Shown here in pieces: positions 19,057 through 31,843 of a DNA stretch of 64,000 bases. The stretch's first letter is position 1. Every line of letters starts with the position of its first letter. The notes below the pieces were generated by a model, which was not told the origin of the DNA, searched no databases, and saw only the letters and a program-made list of their open reading frames with translations. Source of the stretch: an uncultured Acidobacteriota bacterium (GTDB lineage: Bacteria > Acidobacteriota > Thermoanaerobaculia > Multivoradales > JBCCEF01); assembly GCA_963730155.1 (NCBI GenBank), contig CAVSQV010000006.1, positions 22,774 through 86,773 of the forward strand, written 5' to 3'. A program made the translations under genes and the position numbers.

Positions 19057-19929
19057 TCAAGGCTTCCGGCCGGCGGCGGGGAGCAGACGCACCACGAAGA
19101 GGCGCGGCCAGTACTTGCCGGTGATCAGGTAGACCCGGCGCTCCGGGTCGTAGGCGATGCCGTTGAGGACGTCGGCGGCGGCCGCCTCGGCGGGCGCCAG
19201 GAGCCCCGAGGCGTCGGCGGTCGCGGTGACCCGGCCGCTCGCGGGATCGATGCGCACCAGGTAATCGGCACCGAGCACGTTGGCCCACACCCGGCCGTCG
19301 GCGCACTCCAGCTCGTTGAGGCGGTCGAGCGGCTTGCCGCGCAGGGTGACCTGGAGCCGCCCGAGGACCTCGAACGTCGCCGGGTCCCGGAAGGTGAGGC
19401 GGTCGCTGCCGTCGCTCATCACCAGCCGCTCGCCGTCGAAGCAGAGCCCCCAACCCTCGCCCCGGTAGCGGAGGGTGCCGGCGGGCTCGAGGCCGGGGAG
19501 GGACCAGACCCGCGCCTGCTCCTCCTGCCAGGTGAGCTGGATCAGCCGGCCGCCCCCCTCGCCCGGCACCAGCGCCAGCCCCTCGCCGAACAGCTCGGGC
19601 GGCAGGTCGACCCGGGCCAGCACCTCGCCGCTCTGGGAATCGACCCGGCGCACCGACGACTCGCCGTACTGGCCGGTCGACTCGTAGACCACGCCGCCGC
19701 TCCACACCAGGCCTTGGGTGAACGCCCCGGGGTCGTGGCGGTGGCTCGAGACGACGTCGACGATCAGCTCCTCGACCGGCGCCGCGACCGCCCGGGGGGC
19801 CGGCTCGGCGGCGGGTACGGCGGCGGGCTCGGCGACACAGCCGGCGGCGGTCAGGCCGGCGGCCGCGGCGCCGAGGAGGGCCGGCGCGGCGAGCCGGAGC
19901 GCGGCGGCGCGGACCGACGGCATCCTCAT
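19057..19929 (-). CDS. Glutaminyl-peptide cyclotransferase (lipoprotein)
   Basis: HDPGAFTQGL, YESTGQYGES, FGEGL, QLTW, GEGWGL, LNELE, VLNGIAYD, ITGKYWP. Lipobox AAGC. Confidence 0.92.
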   Translation of the reverse strand: MRMPSVRAAALRLAAPALLGAAAAGLTAAGCVAEPAAVPAAEPAPRAVAAPVEELIVDVVSSHRHDPGAFTQGLVWSGGVVYESTGQYGESSVRRVDSQSGEVLARVDLPPELFGEGLALVPGEGGGRLIQLTWQEEQARVWSLPGLEPAGTLRYRGEGWGLCFDGERLVMSDGSDRLTFRDPATFEVLGRLQVTLRGKPLDRLNELECADGRVWANVLGADYLVRIDPASGRVTATADASGLLAPAEAAAADVLNGIAYDPERRVYLITGKYWPRLFVVRLLPAAGRKP

Positions 19930-19931
19930 CG

Positions 19932-22280
19932 CTAGCCCGAGGCCGCGCCCGGCTCGACCGGAGTCCCCTGCTCGATCTCCTCGATCACCTCTTCCTCGAT
20001 CTCCGGCTCGAGGTCCGGAGCGGCGTCCGGGGCCGCGTCCGGCTCGGCGGGAGGCTCGGCCTCGGTCCCGCCTTCGGCCTCCTCCCCCGCCGCCTTCCCC
20101 GGCTCCCGGGGATCGATCTCCGCCGGCGGCTTCTCGCCGCCCGGGCCCTGGAGGTAGTGCTCGAACCACTGCATCATCCGCAGGTTGTAGTCGAGGCGCG
20201 ACGCCGCGCGCGCGGTTGCCGTGCCCTTCGCCGGGATAGAACACCAGCCGCACCGGCGTCTTGCCGCAGGGTCTTCAGGATAGCGGTGCAGCTCCAGCGA
20301 CTGCGTCGGGTGCACGCGCGGGTCGACCTTGCCGTGCAGGATCAGGAGCGGCGTCCGCGCCTGCTCGACGTGGTAGATCGGGCTCCGCTCGAGAATCACG
20401 TCCCACTCCTCCCACGGCCGTGCCGGGCGTGGACCTCGTGCTCCTCCCGGCGATGTCGGTGGTGCCGACCTTGGAGATCTTGTCGCTGATGCCGACGAAC
20501 ATCACGCCGGCGGCGAAGCGGTCGGAGTAGTAGGTGCTCGCCCAGGCGGTGGCGTAGCCGCCGTAGGAGCCGCCGGTGATGCCGACCTTCGCGGGGTCGG
20601 CGAGCCCGGCGGCGACGAGGTGATCGACGGCGTCGACCAGGTCGTCGAACTCCTTGCCGGCCGGATCGCCCTGGCTCATCTTCGAGAACAGCTCGACGCC
20701 GCGGCCCGGTGCTGCCGCGGTAGTTGGGATAGAAGACCGCGAAGCCGCGGGCGGCCGCCACCTGGCCGGGAGTCGCGTAGCCCGTCAGCCAGCCGTTCGC
20801 GATCGTGCGCCTCCGGGCCGCCGTGGACCGTGAGGATCAGCGGATAGCGCGCGCCCGGGCGCCTCGTCGAGCGGCCGGATCAGGACGCCCTGCGAGCTCG
20901 AGGCCGTCGCGCGCCTGTGCAGCGCACCACCTCCTGCGGCGCCAGGCGCTCCGCGGCGAGCCACGAGTTGCTGTCGGTGCGGCGCTCGGGGACGGCGTCG
21001 GGCCGGAAGCCAGCGGCCTCCGCGGCTCCGGCGCCGCCCGACCCCAGGGCGCCGGCGTTCCAGGTGTAGAGCTCGGCCGGGTGGCGGGGCGAGTCGGCGA
21101 CCAGCGCCGCCATCCCGCCGCCCGCAGCGGCCAGCTCGATCGAGCGCCAGACCGGCTCGCCGGCGCCGACCAGGACCGCCAGGCCGGAGCCGTCGCGGCC
21201 GACCCGCTGGAGCGACGCCTCGACCCCCTCGTGGCCGACGAAGAGGAGCGTCTCGGCGTCGAGCCAGGCGACCTCCTGGACCTCGCCGAGGTAGCCGGGG
21301 AGGAGATCGGCCGGCGCCGGGTCGGCGGACACCGCGCCCGACGCCGGCACCACCATCAGGCGGCCGGCGCTCGGATCGTGGCGGTCGCCGGCGGCGATCA
21401 GCGCCAGGTGCGCGCCGTCCGGGCTCCAGACCACGGCGCCGAGCTTGCCCGGGTTGTCGATCCGGCCGACGACCGCGCCCGAGGCGGCGTCGAGCACCCG
21501 CACGCGGCGGCTCACGTAGCTGTCGTCGACCAGCGGCGTCGGCGCGATCGCGAGCGCGAGCCGGTCGCCCGCCGGGCTCCACGACAGCTCGGAGGCCGAG
21601 CCCTCGAGGGCGGTCACGAGCCGCGCCTCGCCGGCGCGGCCGCCCTGCCCGACCGGCGGGTCGATCTCGGCCGTCCAGAGCCGGACGTGGTCGAGCTGCT
21701 CCTCGTAGACCACGGCGTCGAAGCCCTTCTCCTCCAGGTCCTCGGCCTCCTTCGGCTCCTCCTCGACGGCGAGGAAGGCGACCCGGCGGCCGTCGGGGCT
21801 GAACGCATAGTCGTCGATCCCGGTGGCGTGGGCGAGGACGCGCCGCGCCTCGCCGCCGCCGAGCGGGATGACGTAGAGCGCGGACTCCTCGTCGTCGCCG
21901 CGCTTGGCGACGAAGGCGACGCCGGCGCCGTCGGGGGTGAAGCGCACCGAGCCCACCGACGCCTCGCCGGTGATGAAGGGCCGGCTCGTTCCGTCCGCGA
22001 CCGAGAGGACGTGGAGCTCGCGCCAGCCCGGGCCGTCCTCCTCCTCGAACGGGTCGCGCGGCACCACCAGCGTGTAGGCGACGTGCAGGCCGTCCGGCGA
22101 CACCGCGGCGCTGCGCACCGAGCGGAGGCGGGCGACGTCCCACGGGGTGAGGACGTCGGCGGGGGCCTCCGCGGCGGCCGGGGCCGGCGGCGCCACCGCC
22201 ACGGAGGCCAGGAGCAGGATCGCCGCCAGGGCGGAGCGGACGGGGTTCCAGGACGAACGGATCATGCACAGCCTCCTCAC
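19932..22280 (-). CDS. S9 family (prolyl oligopeptidase-like) secreted peptidase, frameshifted
   Basis: Signal peptide, beta-propeller SPDG repeats, HGGP, PNYRGS, GITGGSYGGY nucleophile, HGKVDPRV, YPGEGHG. Confidence 0.9.
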
Positions 22281-22406
22281 GCTCTCGCGCGGCCATCGGA
22301 TGGGAAGAGCGGGGATTGTATCGGACGGTAGCTCTTGAGTCGCCGGCTTCGCCGGCGGTCGCCCTGCGGGCTCCGTCGCTGCCGCCGGCTTGCCGCGCGC
22401 CGTCTC

Positions 22407-23942
22407 CTAAGGCCAGCGGGAGGTGGGCAGCGCGTACTCCTCGCCGCCCGGGAGCGCGAAGAGGCCGCCCGCCTCGATCGTGCCGGCGGGGCCGAGCCGC
22501 GCCTCGATCGGACCGCTGACCACCTCCTCGCCGGCGCCGACCAGCGTGGCGTAGAGCCTCACGGTGTCGGCGCCGCGGAAGGCCTGCATGTCGGCCGCTT
22601 CCCTGCCGCCCACCATCATCGCGTAGCGCCGGAAGCCGCCGGGTGCGATCGACGGGAAGCTGCCGCCCGGCACCCGCAGCTCGACGTAGTTGTTGGCGTA
22701 GAGCGCGACGTCGGTGGGGCCGTCGCCGGCGTTGACCAGGGCGACGCGGAAGGCCAGGCCGCCGGCGGTGCGCTGGGCGTCGCGCAGCTCGACCGCGAGA
22801 TCGGCGGCGGCGGGCACGCCGAGGAGCGCGTCGGCCAGGACCGGTAAGGTCAGCGCCAGCCCCTCGCCCGGCTCCGGCGCGCGGAAGTACAGCTCGCCCA
22901 GGTGGTGCTCGAGCTCGAGCGCGCGCAGCCGCCGGCGCAGCTCGACGACGTCGCGCCCCTGGATCTGCACCGCACGCAGCCCCTCGCCGGCCTCCAGGCG
23001 CCAGCCCGCGGCCTCGGTCGGGCGCTCGGCGGCGAAGCTCAGGACGCGCCGGTCCCAACCCTCGAGCAGCCGCGTCTGCGTGCGCTCGAGCGCCCGGTTG
23101 CGCACCAGGTCGACCAGGTCGGCGGCGGCGGTGGCGTCGCGCCGGCCGCCATCGGGCCCGAGCCGATAGGCGGCGCCGAGCGTGACCACCTCGACCAGGT
23201 AGTCGGTGCCGAGCCGCTCGAGCGCCGCCACCTGCTCGGTGACCGCGTCGAGCCGCCAGCGCGCCTCGACCTCCGCCTCCTCGGGCCGCTGGCCGTAGAG
23301 TGGGCAGACCAGGAAGTCGGCGGCCTCGGCGAGCCGCTCGGCGCCGGGGTCGGCGAGCCTCCCAGGGTCGAGCCGGGTCGACAGGAGGAGCCCCTCCCCG
23401 GCCCCCGAACGCGCGGCCTCGATCAGCGCCGCGAATTCTTCCATCGAGCCGCCCGCCGGCGTCGAGAGATCGAGGTGGATGCCGACGGCGAGCAGGCCGC
23501 TCCCCTCGGCGGCCAGCCGCAGTCGCGCCAGCTCCCGCCCCAGCTCCTCCCCCGCCGCCTCGCCGGCCCCGGCCGGCGGCCCCCCCCCCCCCACCACCAG
23601 GGTCGCCGGCACGCGCCGCGGCAGCGGCCCGTCGAGGGTGGTCTCGAGCCTCGGCCGGCCGCCCTCCCAGCTCACCTCCGCGGCCGGCACGAACAGCTCG
23701 CGGACTCCCGCGTCGCGCAACCGCTCGAGCGTCCCCGGCGGCAGCGCCGCCACCGCCGGCGTGCCGGCCCAGAGCGCCGATCCCTCCGGCTTGCGCGGGC
23801 GCTCGGGTCCGCCGCAGGCGGCGGCGAGGACGGCGAGCGCTGCGGCGAGCAGGGTGGCCAAACGCGCCCCGGCGAGGAGCGGGCGGACGCGAGGTTCGCG
23901 CGGGACAGCCGCCGTCCCGGATCGGAGGGAGGCTCGGCTCAT
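22407..23942 (-). CDS. Hypothetical lipoprotein, possible TIM-barrel (DUF3142/GH18-like) plus C-terminal beta domain
   Basis: Lipobox LAAAC. GIHLDL and ADFLVCPLYG strands resemble a GH18-like barrel. ATGA-type coupling with the kinase gene. Confidence 0.55.
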   Translation of the reverse strand: MSRASLRSGTAAVPREPRVRPLLAGARLATLLAAALAVLAAACGGPERPRKPEGSALWAGTPAVAALPPGTLERLRDAGVRELFVPAAEVSWEGGRPRLETTLDGPLPRRVPATLVVGGGGPPAGAGEAAGEELGRELARLRLAAEGSGLLAVGIHLDLSTPAGGSMEEFAALIEAARSGAGEGLLLSTRLDPGRLADPGAERLAEAADFLVCPLYGQRPEEAEVEARWRLDAVTEQVAALERLGTDYLVEVVTLGAAYRLGPDGGRRDATAAADLVDLVRNRALERTQTRLLEGWDRRVLSFAAERPTEAAGWRLEAGEGLRAVQIQGRDVVELRRRLRALELEHHLGELYFRAPEPGEGLALTLPVLADALLGVPAAADLAVELRDAQRTAGGLAFRVALVNAGDGPTDVALYANNYVELRVPGGSFPSIAPGGFRRYAMMVGGREAADMQAFRGADTVRLYATLVGAGEEVVSGPIEARLGPAGTIEAGGLFALPGGEEYALPTSRWP

Positions 23943-26900
23943 GGCAATGGGATTGTAATCGCGACCTCGAGCCCGCCCTCGGCCCGGTTCCTGGCGGCGA
24001 TCGTGCCGCCGTGCTCCTCGGCGATCTGGCGCGCGATCGGCAGCCCGAGGCCGGTGCCGGTGTCGTGGGTCGAGAAGTAGGGGTGGAAGATCCGGCCCAG
24101 GAGCTCGGGCGCCACCCCGGGCCCGGCATCCGCGACGGCGATGCGCGCGGCGGCGCCGCCGTCGCCTTCCGCGGGCTCGAGCCGCTCGACCGAGAGGTGC
24201 ACGCGGCCGCCGCCGGCGCTCGCGCGCAGGGCGTTCTCGAGCAGGTTGCGCACCGCGCGGACCAGCAGGCGCCGGTCGAAGCGGGCGGCGATGGCCTCCG
24301 GCCGCGCCTCGAACTCGACCTCGACGCCGGGCGGCGGCGCGGCGCGGTAGCCCTCGCCCAGCTCGCGCATCGCCTCGGCGAGGTCGCCCGGCTTGGGGTC
24401 GATGCGCGGGATCGAGCTGTAGGTCGAGAACTCCGACGCGATCTGACGCAGCTCCTCGACCTGGGTCAGGGCGGCGGCGGTGCAGCGGTCGAGGATCTCG
24501 GCGAAGCGGTCGCCGTCTCCGGGCTCGGGCGAGCGCCGGCCGCGGTCGCGCCAGACCTGGCGCAGGTGCTCGATATTCAGGCGCAGCGGGGTCAGCGGGT
24601 TCTTGATCTCGTGGGCGATGATCCGCGCCATCTCCGCCCAGGCCTGGAGGCGCTGGCCGCGCAGGGTTTCGGTGGCGTCCTCGACCACCAGGAGGGCCGC
24701 GGGCTCACCGGGTCCGGGGACCGGCACCCAAACCAGGCTCCACTCGCGCTCCTCGCCGTCGTCGCCGGGCAGGCGCAGGGTGCGCTGGAGGGTGCTGCCG
24801 GCGTCGCCGGCCGCCGCCTCGGCGACCAGCCCGGCGACCGGCGCGAGCTTCGGCCGCGCCGAGAGCGCCCGGGCCAGAGGCTCGCCGGTCCCGACCCCGA
24901 GCATCTCGGCGGCGACCCGGTTGTGCATCAGCACCCGCCCCTCGGCGTCGAGCGAGACGACCCCGGAGGTGATGTTCTCGACCATCCGCTCGACCACCTG
25001 CTTCTCGCGCACCAGCCGATCGCGCCCCTCGGCGATCCGGCGCGCCATGGCATCGACCGCGGCGACCAGCGCCGCCAGCTCGAGATCGCGCGGCGCCAGG
25101 TCGAGCGAGGTGGCGCCGGCAGCGATCCGGCCGGTGCCGCGGACCACCTCCATCAGAGGCCGGGTGAAGTCGCGCGCCAGCCGCACGCCCACCGCGCCCA
25201 GGAGGGCGAGCAGGGCGGCGGTGACCAGGAACGCCTGCCGGCGGAGGCTCGCGAGTTGGCGCGCCGCCTCCTCCTGCTGGGCGAGGAGCGGCACCGAGAG
25301 GACGAGCTGGCCGGGCGACGGTTGCGCCCCGGGGACCCGGAGCGGCGAGTAGAGCTCGAGGTAGGAGGCGCGGCCGGCGCGGTTGGTGCGCGAGGCGATC
25401 TCGTAGCCCCCGTAGGCGAGCCGGGCGTAGACGTCGCCCGGGATCCGCCGCGGCAGGAGCCCGGCGGCGAACAGCTCGGCCTTGCTCGAGGCGTAGATCG
25501 CGCTCCGCCAGTAGAGGTTGACCTCGTGGTGGATGAGCCGCGACAGCCGGGTCAGGAGCTCGTCGTCGAGCGAGGTGTCGATGCCGAAGCCGGGAGGGAG
25601 CGCCTCGAGCAGCTCGGCGAGCTGGCGCTGGGCCGCCTCGAGCGCCGCCTCGCCGGCCGCGCGCTGCTCGGCGCGCTGCCGCTCCTCGACCGCCGCCATC
25701 AGCACCAGGTTCAAGAGCAGGAGCGGCACCGCGAGGAGCAGGGTGTAGACCACCAGCAGGCGCTTCGAATAGGAGCGCACCGTCCGCCGCAGGAGGTCGC
25801 GGAACGAGGCCCGCGGCAGGGCCAGTGCGACCGCGACCAGCGCCAGGGCGGCTAGGAAGAGAAGCGTGCCGGCGGCGTGGGTGGCGACCCGCTCGAGCCC
25901 GCCGAGCGGGCCGAGGAGCGGCAGGTAGGCCACGGTCCAGACGCCGCCGGAGTGGGCCGAGAAGCCCCAGGCGCGGCCGTCGGGCGTGCGTACCCGGGCG
26001 CGGCGCGCGCCCGCCCCTCCGGCGGCCCCGCCGCCCGCTCCCTCCTCCGGCCCCGCCAGGGCCGCGGGAAGCGGCGGCGTCTCCGGCCACGGCGACACCC
26101 GGGCCTGGCCGCCCGGGCCGTAGAGCGCGAAGAGCGCCGGCGCCGGGAGCGCCGCCGGGCGCAGGCCGCCGGCCGGGCCGCCGCGCAGGAGGCCGACCTC
26201 GACCTCCTGCAGGCCGGCGTCGCCCGAGACCAGGAAGCCCGGGCGCGGCACCAGCCACCAGCGCAGCGTCCCCCACCGCCGGCCGCCGGCCAGGAGCGGC
26301 GCCTCGCCGGCGGCGACCGGCGGCTCGGCGCCGGGCCAGCCGGCGGCGTCGGCCATCGCCGCGGGGCCCGCGACCGGCTCGCCCAGCTCGTCGAGCGGCA
26401 GGCCGAAGGAGAAGGTCGAGCCGGCTCCCCCCGCCTCGAGCGCCGGCTCGACCGTGAGCGCCGACACCGCGTCCGGCCGCGCCAGCGGCGAGCTGCGCCA
26501 GAGCACGAAGGCCAGGTCCTGGCGCTCGAGCCCCTCCGGGCTGCGCGGCACCCGCTCGGCGAGATCGATGCCGGAGAGCTGCGCCGTCGCCCGGCGCAGC
26601 CACGGCGCGAGGTCGGCCTCCCCCGGCGGCGCCAGCGCGGACACCGCGGTCTCCAGCTCGGCGCGCAGGCGCGAGCGGTGCGCGGTCTCCCAGGCGCCGG
26701 CGGCGAGCAGGGAGGCGGCGAGCAGGGCGAGCCCGAGCGCCACCGGCTCCCGGGCGCCGCCGCGGGCGGCCAGCCAGGCGGCCGCCGCGCCACCGCCGGC
26801 GGCGAGGAGCGGCAGCGCCGCGAGCGGCAGGTCGTGGGCCGCCGCCGCGGCGAGGATCGCCCCGAGGGCCAGCCACGCGGTGCGGTCCCGCTCGGCAAGG

Positions 26901-28210
26901 CGGCGGTCGCGGCCGGGACCGCCGGGATCGCCGGGCGGTTGCGCAGCAGCCCGCGCCGATCGCGATCCCGCGATCAGCAGGAGCAGGCCGAGCACGCCGG
27001 CGGCGAGGCCCAGGCGGAGCGCGAAGCCGGACGGCTCGGCGGTCAGCGCCGCGCCGAGGTCGTCGGCGCCGTGCCAGCGCTGGAGGAGCCACGCCCCCGC
27101 CGCCGCCGCGACCGCCGCCGCGGCGCCGCCGGCCGCCGCCGCGGCCGGCCCCCGTGCGCGGCGCGGCGGCCACAGGAAGCCCGCCGCGGCGAGGGCGCCG
27201 CCGAGCGCGAGCACCCCGAGCGCCGGCACCGTCGCCCGCGCGGCGAGCCCCCATGCGATCAGAGCGCCGAGCCCGAACGCCGCTGCTCCCCGCGCCGCCG
27301 CCGCGCGGCCGGGGCCGGCGGCCTCGAGACGGAACCTGGCGGTCTCCGGACCGAGGACGCCGGCCGCCCGCCCCGGCGCCGCCAGCGCCAGCCCGACGCC
27401 GCGGGTCAGCGCCACCGCGAGGAGCGCCGCGCCGATCAGCGCCCAGGCGATCCGCGCCGGCCTCCCCCGCCCCGCTCCGGGCGCGATCGAGCCGGGATCG
27501 ACGACCAGCGACGGCTTCCCCGAGAGCCGGATCACCGCCGCTCCGGCGGCCGCGTCCTCCTCCGCCGCCACCACCGACCAGCGCGCCCGCGGCAGCGGCG
27601 CCGGAAGGCGCCCGATACCGGGCAGCCGTTCGGTGCCGAAGCTGCGCGCCGCGATCACCCGCCAGGGCCTGCGGCCGCCGTCGAGCTGCCGCACCGAGAC
27701 CAGGGTGACCGCGCCGAAGCTGGCCTGGAACGACGCCCCCGCGGCCGGCAGCGCCCCCGGCCGCGGGTCGTGGAGCAGCCCGGGGCCGCTCCAGACGACC
27801 GCGTTGCCGTCCGGATCGACGACCAGGAGCGACGGTCCGGCCGCGCCCGGCCCCGGGGTGCGCCCGGCGAGCGTCTCGAAGGCGGCGAGCGGCTCGGCCT
27901 CGATCGCGGCGGGAGCGGGCAGCGCCGCGGCGGCCTCCTCGGCGGCGGCGTCGAGCTGGTCCCAGATCCGGGCGTAGGCGGCTTCGGCGCGGCCGAGGGC
28001 CCGCGGGCCGCTCAGGAGCGCGCCGGCGACGAGCACCAGGGCGGCCAGGAGGAGCGCGCCGCCCGCGGCCACCACCTCGCGCCGCGGCGGTCGGGTCGCC
28101 AGCCAGCCGGCGAGGAGCGCGACGAGCAACGCCGCCGCCACCGCTGGAGGCGCCAGCGGCGCCGCCGGAGCGGCGAGGAGAAGCGCCAGCTCGAGCCGGC
28201 CGCGGGTCAC
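23939..28210 (-). CDS. Large multi-pass membrane sensor histidine kinase (NtrY-like HAMP-PAS-HisKA-HATPase)
   Basis: MARIIAHEIKNPLTPL H-box, NLLENA, DAGPG, IFHPYFST, GTGLGL. Many TM segments. Confidence 0.88.
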   Translation of the reverse strand: MTRGRLELALLLAAPAAPLAPPAVAAALLVALLAGWLATRPPRREVVAAGGALLLAALVLVAGALLSGPRALGRAEAAYARIWDQLDAAAEEAAAALPAPAAIEAEPLAAFETLAGRTPGPGAAGPSLLVVDPDGNAVVWSGPGLLHDPRPGALPAAGASFQASFGAVTLVSVRQLDGGRRPWRVIAARSFGTERLPGIGRLPAPLPRARWSVVAAEEDAAAGAAVIRLSGKPSLVVDPGSIAPGAGRGRPARIAWALIGAALLAVALTRGVGLALAAPGRAAGVLGPETARFRLEAAGPGRAAAARGAAAFGLGALIAWGLAARATVPALGVLALGGALAAAGFLWPPRRARGPAAAAAGGAAAAVAAAAGAWLLQRWHGADDLGAALTAEPSGFALRLGLAAGVLGLLLLIAGSRSARAAAQPPGDPGGPGRDRRLAERDRTAWLALGAILAAAAAHDLPLAALPLLAAGGGAAAAWLAARGGAREPVALGLALLAASLLAAGAWETAHRSRLRAELETAVSALAPPGEADLAPWLRRATAQLSGIDLAERVPRSPEGLERQDLAFVLWRSSPLARPDAVSALTVEPALEAGGAGSTFSFGLPLDELGEPVAGPAAMADAAGWPGAEPPVAAGEAPLLAGGRRWGTLRWWLVPRPGFLVSGDAGLQEVEVGLLRGGPAGGLRPAALPAPALFALYGPGGQARVSPWPETPPLPAALAGPEEGAGGGAAGGAGARRARVRTPDGRAWGFSAHSGGVWTVAYLPLLGPLGGLERVATHAAGTLLFLAALALVAVALALPRASFRDLLRRTVRSYSKRLLVVYTLLLAVPLLLLNLVLMAAVEERQRAEQRAAGEAALEAAQRQLAELLEALPPGFGIDTSLDDELLTRLSRLIHHEVNLYWRSAIYASSKAELFAAGLLPRRIPGDVYARLAYGGYEIASRTNRAGRASYLELYSPLRVPGAQPSPGQLVLSVPLLAQQEEAARQLASLRRQAFLVTAALLALLGAVGVRLARDFTRPLMEVVRGTGRIAAGATSLDLAPRDLELAALVAAVDAMARRIAEGRDRLVREKQVVERMVENITSGVVSLDAEGRVLMHNRVAAEMLGVGTGEPLARALSARPKLAPVAGLVAEAAAGDAGSTLQRTLRLPGDDGEEREWSLVWVPVPGPGEPAALLVVEDATETLRGQRLQAWAEMARIIAHEIKNPLTPLRLNIEHLRQVWRDRGRRSPEPGDGDRFAEILDRCTAAALTQVEELRQIASEFSTYSSIPRIDPKPGDLAEAMRELGEGYRAAPPPGVEVEFEARPEAIAARFDRRLLVRAVRNLLENALRASAGGGRVHLSVERLEPAEGDGGAAARIAVADAGPGVAPELLGRIFHPYFSTHDTGTGLGLPIARQIAEEHGGTIAARNRAEGGLEVAITIPLP

Positions 28211-28235
28211 CGGGCGCCCTCGCCGGCCGTGGCGC

Positions 28236-29906
28236 TCAGGCTCCGGCCATCGGCAGGTCGACGCCGCGCTCGCGGGCGCAGGCGATCGCCTCCGGGTAGC
28301 CGGCGTCGGCGTGGCGTGCGACCCCGGTGCCGGGATCTCCGGTCAGCACCCGCTCGAGGCGGGCCGCGGCCTCCGGGGTGCCGTCGGCGACCACCACCAT
28401 CCCGGCGTGGATCGAGTAGCCGATGCCGACGCCGCCGCCGTGGTGGACCGACACCCAGGTGGCGCCGTTGACGGCGTTGAGGAGAGCATTCAGGACCGGC
28501 CAGTCGGCGATCGCGTCCGAGCCGTCGCGCATCCCCTCGGTCTCGCGGTTGGGCGACGCCACCGAGCCGCAGTCGAGGTGGTCGCGGCCGATCACGATCG
28601 GCGCCCGGACCCGGCCGCTCGCGACCAGCTCGTTGAACACCCGGCCGGCCTTCGCGCGCTCGCCGTAGCCGAGCCAGCAGATGCGCGCCGGCAGCCCCTG
28701 GAACGCGACCCGCTCGCGCGCCATCCGGATCCAGCGCGCGAGCGCCTGGTCCTCGGGGAAGGTCTCGAGGATCGCGTCGTCGGTCGCCGCGAGGTCCTCC
28801 GGATCGCCCGACAGCACCGCCCAGCGGAACGGCCCCTTCCCCTCGCAGAAGAGCGGCCGGATGAAGAGCGGCACGAAGCCGCCGATCTCGAACGCCTCGG
28901 CGACCCCGGCCTCGAGCGCCTGGCCGCGCAGGTTGTTGCCGTAGTCGAAGGTGACCGCGCCGCGGCGCTGGAGCTCGAGCATCGCTCGCACGTGGTCGGC
29001 CATCGTGCTCATCGACTCGGCGATGTAGCGGGCGGGATCGGCGGCGCGCAGGCGCACCGCCTCCTGGAACGTGTACCCGCGCGGCACGTAGCCGGCGAGC
29101 GCGTCGTGGGCCGAGGTCTGGTCGGTGAGCGCGTCGGGGACGACGCCGGCGGCGATCAGGTGCTCGAGCAGCTCGACCGCGTTGGCCTCGACCGCGATCG
29201 ACACCGCCTCCCCGCGGTCGCGCGCCGCGAGCGCCCGCTCGACCGCCGCCGCGATGCTCGGCGCCTCCTCGTCGAGGTAGCGGGTCTGGAGGCGCCGCTC
29301 GATCCGCGAGCGGTCGACCTCGGCGACCAGGCAGACGCCGCCGTTCATGGTCACCGCCAGCGGCTGCGCGCCGCCCATCCCGCCGAGCCCCGCGGTCACC
29401 GTCAGCCGCCCCTCGAGCGACCCCCCGAAGCGCTGCCGGGCGCACTCGGCCAGCGTCTCGTAGGTCCCCTGCAGGATCCCCTGCGTCCCGATGTAGATCC
29501 ACGACCCCGCGGTCATCTGCCCGTACATCGTCAGCCCCAGCCCCTCGAGCCGCCGGAACTCGTCCGCCGTCGCCCAGTGCGGCACCAGGAGCGAGTTGGC
29601 GATCAGCACCCGCGGCGCCTCGCAATGCGTCCGGAACACCGCCACCGGCTTCCCCGACTGCACCAGCATCGTCTCGTCGTCGCCCAGCCGCCGCAGCGTC
29701 GCCACGATCGCCTCGAAGCACTCCCAGTTCCGCGCCGCCTTCCCCGAGCCGCCGTAGACGATCAGCTCCTCGGGATGCTCCGCCACCTCGGGATCGAGGT
29801 TGTTCATCAACATCCGCAGCGCCGCCTCCTGCTGCCAACCCCGGCAGGAGATCTCACTCCCCCGCGGCGCGCGGACGACGCGACTCTCCGCCGTCACCTG
29901 ACTCAT
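28236..29906 (-). CDS. hutU: Urocanate hydratase
   Basis: [69 protein letters not shown]. Confidence 0.97.
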   Translation of the reverse strand: MSQVTAESRVVRAPRGSEISCRGWQQEAALRMLMNNLDPEVAEHPEELIVYGGSGKAARNWECFEAIVATLRRLGDDETMLVQSGKPVAVFRTHCEAPRVLIANSLLVPHWATADEFRRLEGLGLTMYGQMTAGSWIYIGTQGILQGTYETLAECARQRFGGSLEGRLTVTAGLGGMGGAQPLAVTMNGGVCLVAEVDRSRIERRLQTRYLDEEAPSIAAAVERALAARDRGEAVSIAVEANAVELLEHLIAAGVVPDALTDQTSAHDALAGYVPRGYTFQEAVRLRAADPARYIAESMSTMADHVRAMLELQRRGAVTFDYGNNLRGQALEAGVAEAFEIGGFVPLFIRPLFCEGKGPFRWAVLSGDPEDLAATDDAILETFPEDQALARWIRMARERVAFQGLPARICWLGYGERAKAGRVFNELVASGRVRAPIVIGRDHLDCGSVASPNRETEGMRDGSDAIADWPVLNALLNAVNGATWVSVHHGGGVGIGYSIHAGMVVVADGTPEAAARLERVLTGDPGTGVARHADAGYPEAIACARERGVDLPMAGA

Positions 29907-29945
29907 AGCCGGATTCTAGCTCCCACCGCAGGCCCGGCGGCAGGA

Positions 29946-31766
<1,821 letters not shown>

Positions 31767-31843
31767 GGCCCACAGAGGTTACTTCAGGACGCCCCTCCGG
31801 TCCATCCGGCGGGCACTTCCCCGGTGCTATCCTGCGCGCCGCC

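Noticed and set aside
20785-27254. Very long alternative-frame ORFs (1114, 851, 849 aa; also 41810-47002, 55350-59483, 59770-62781)
   Set aside because: Arg/Pro/Gly/Ala-rich shadow ORFs caused by stop-codon scarcity at high GC. They overlap well-supported genes.
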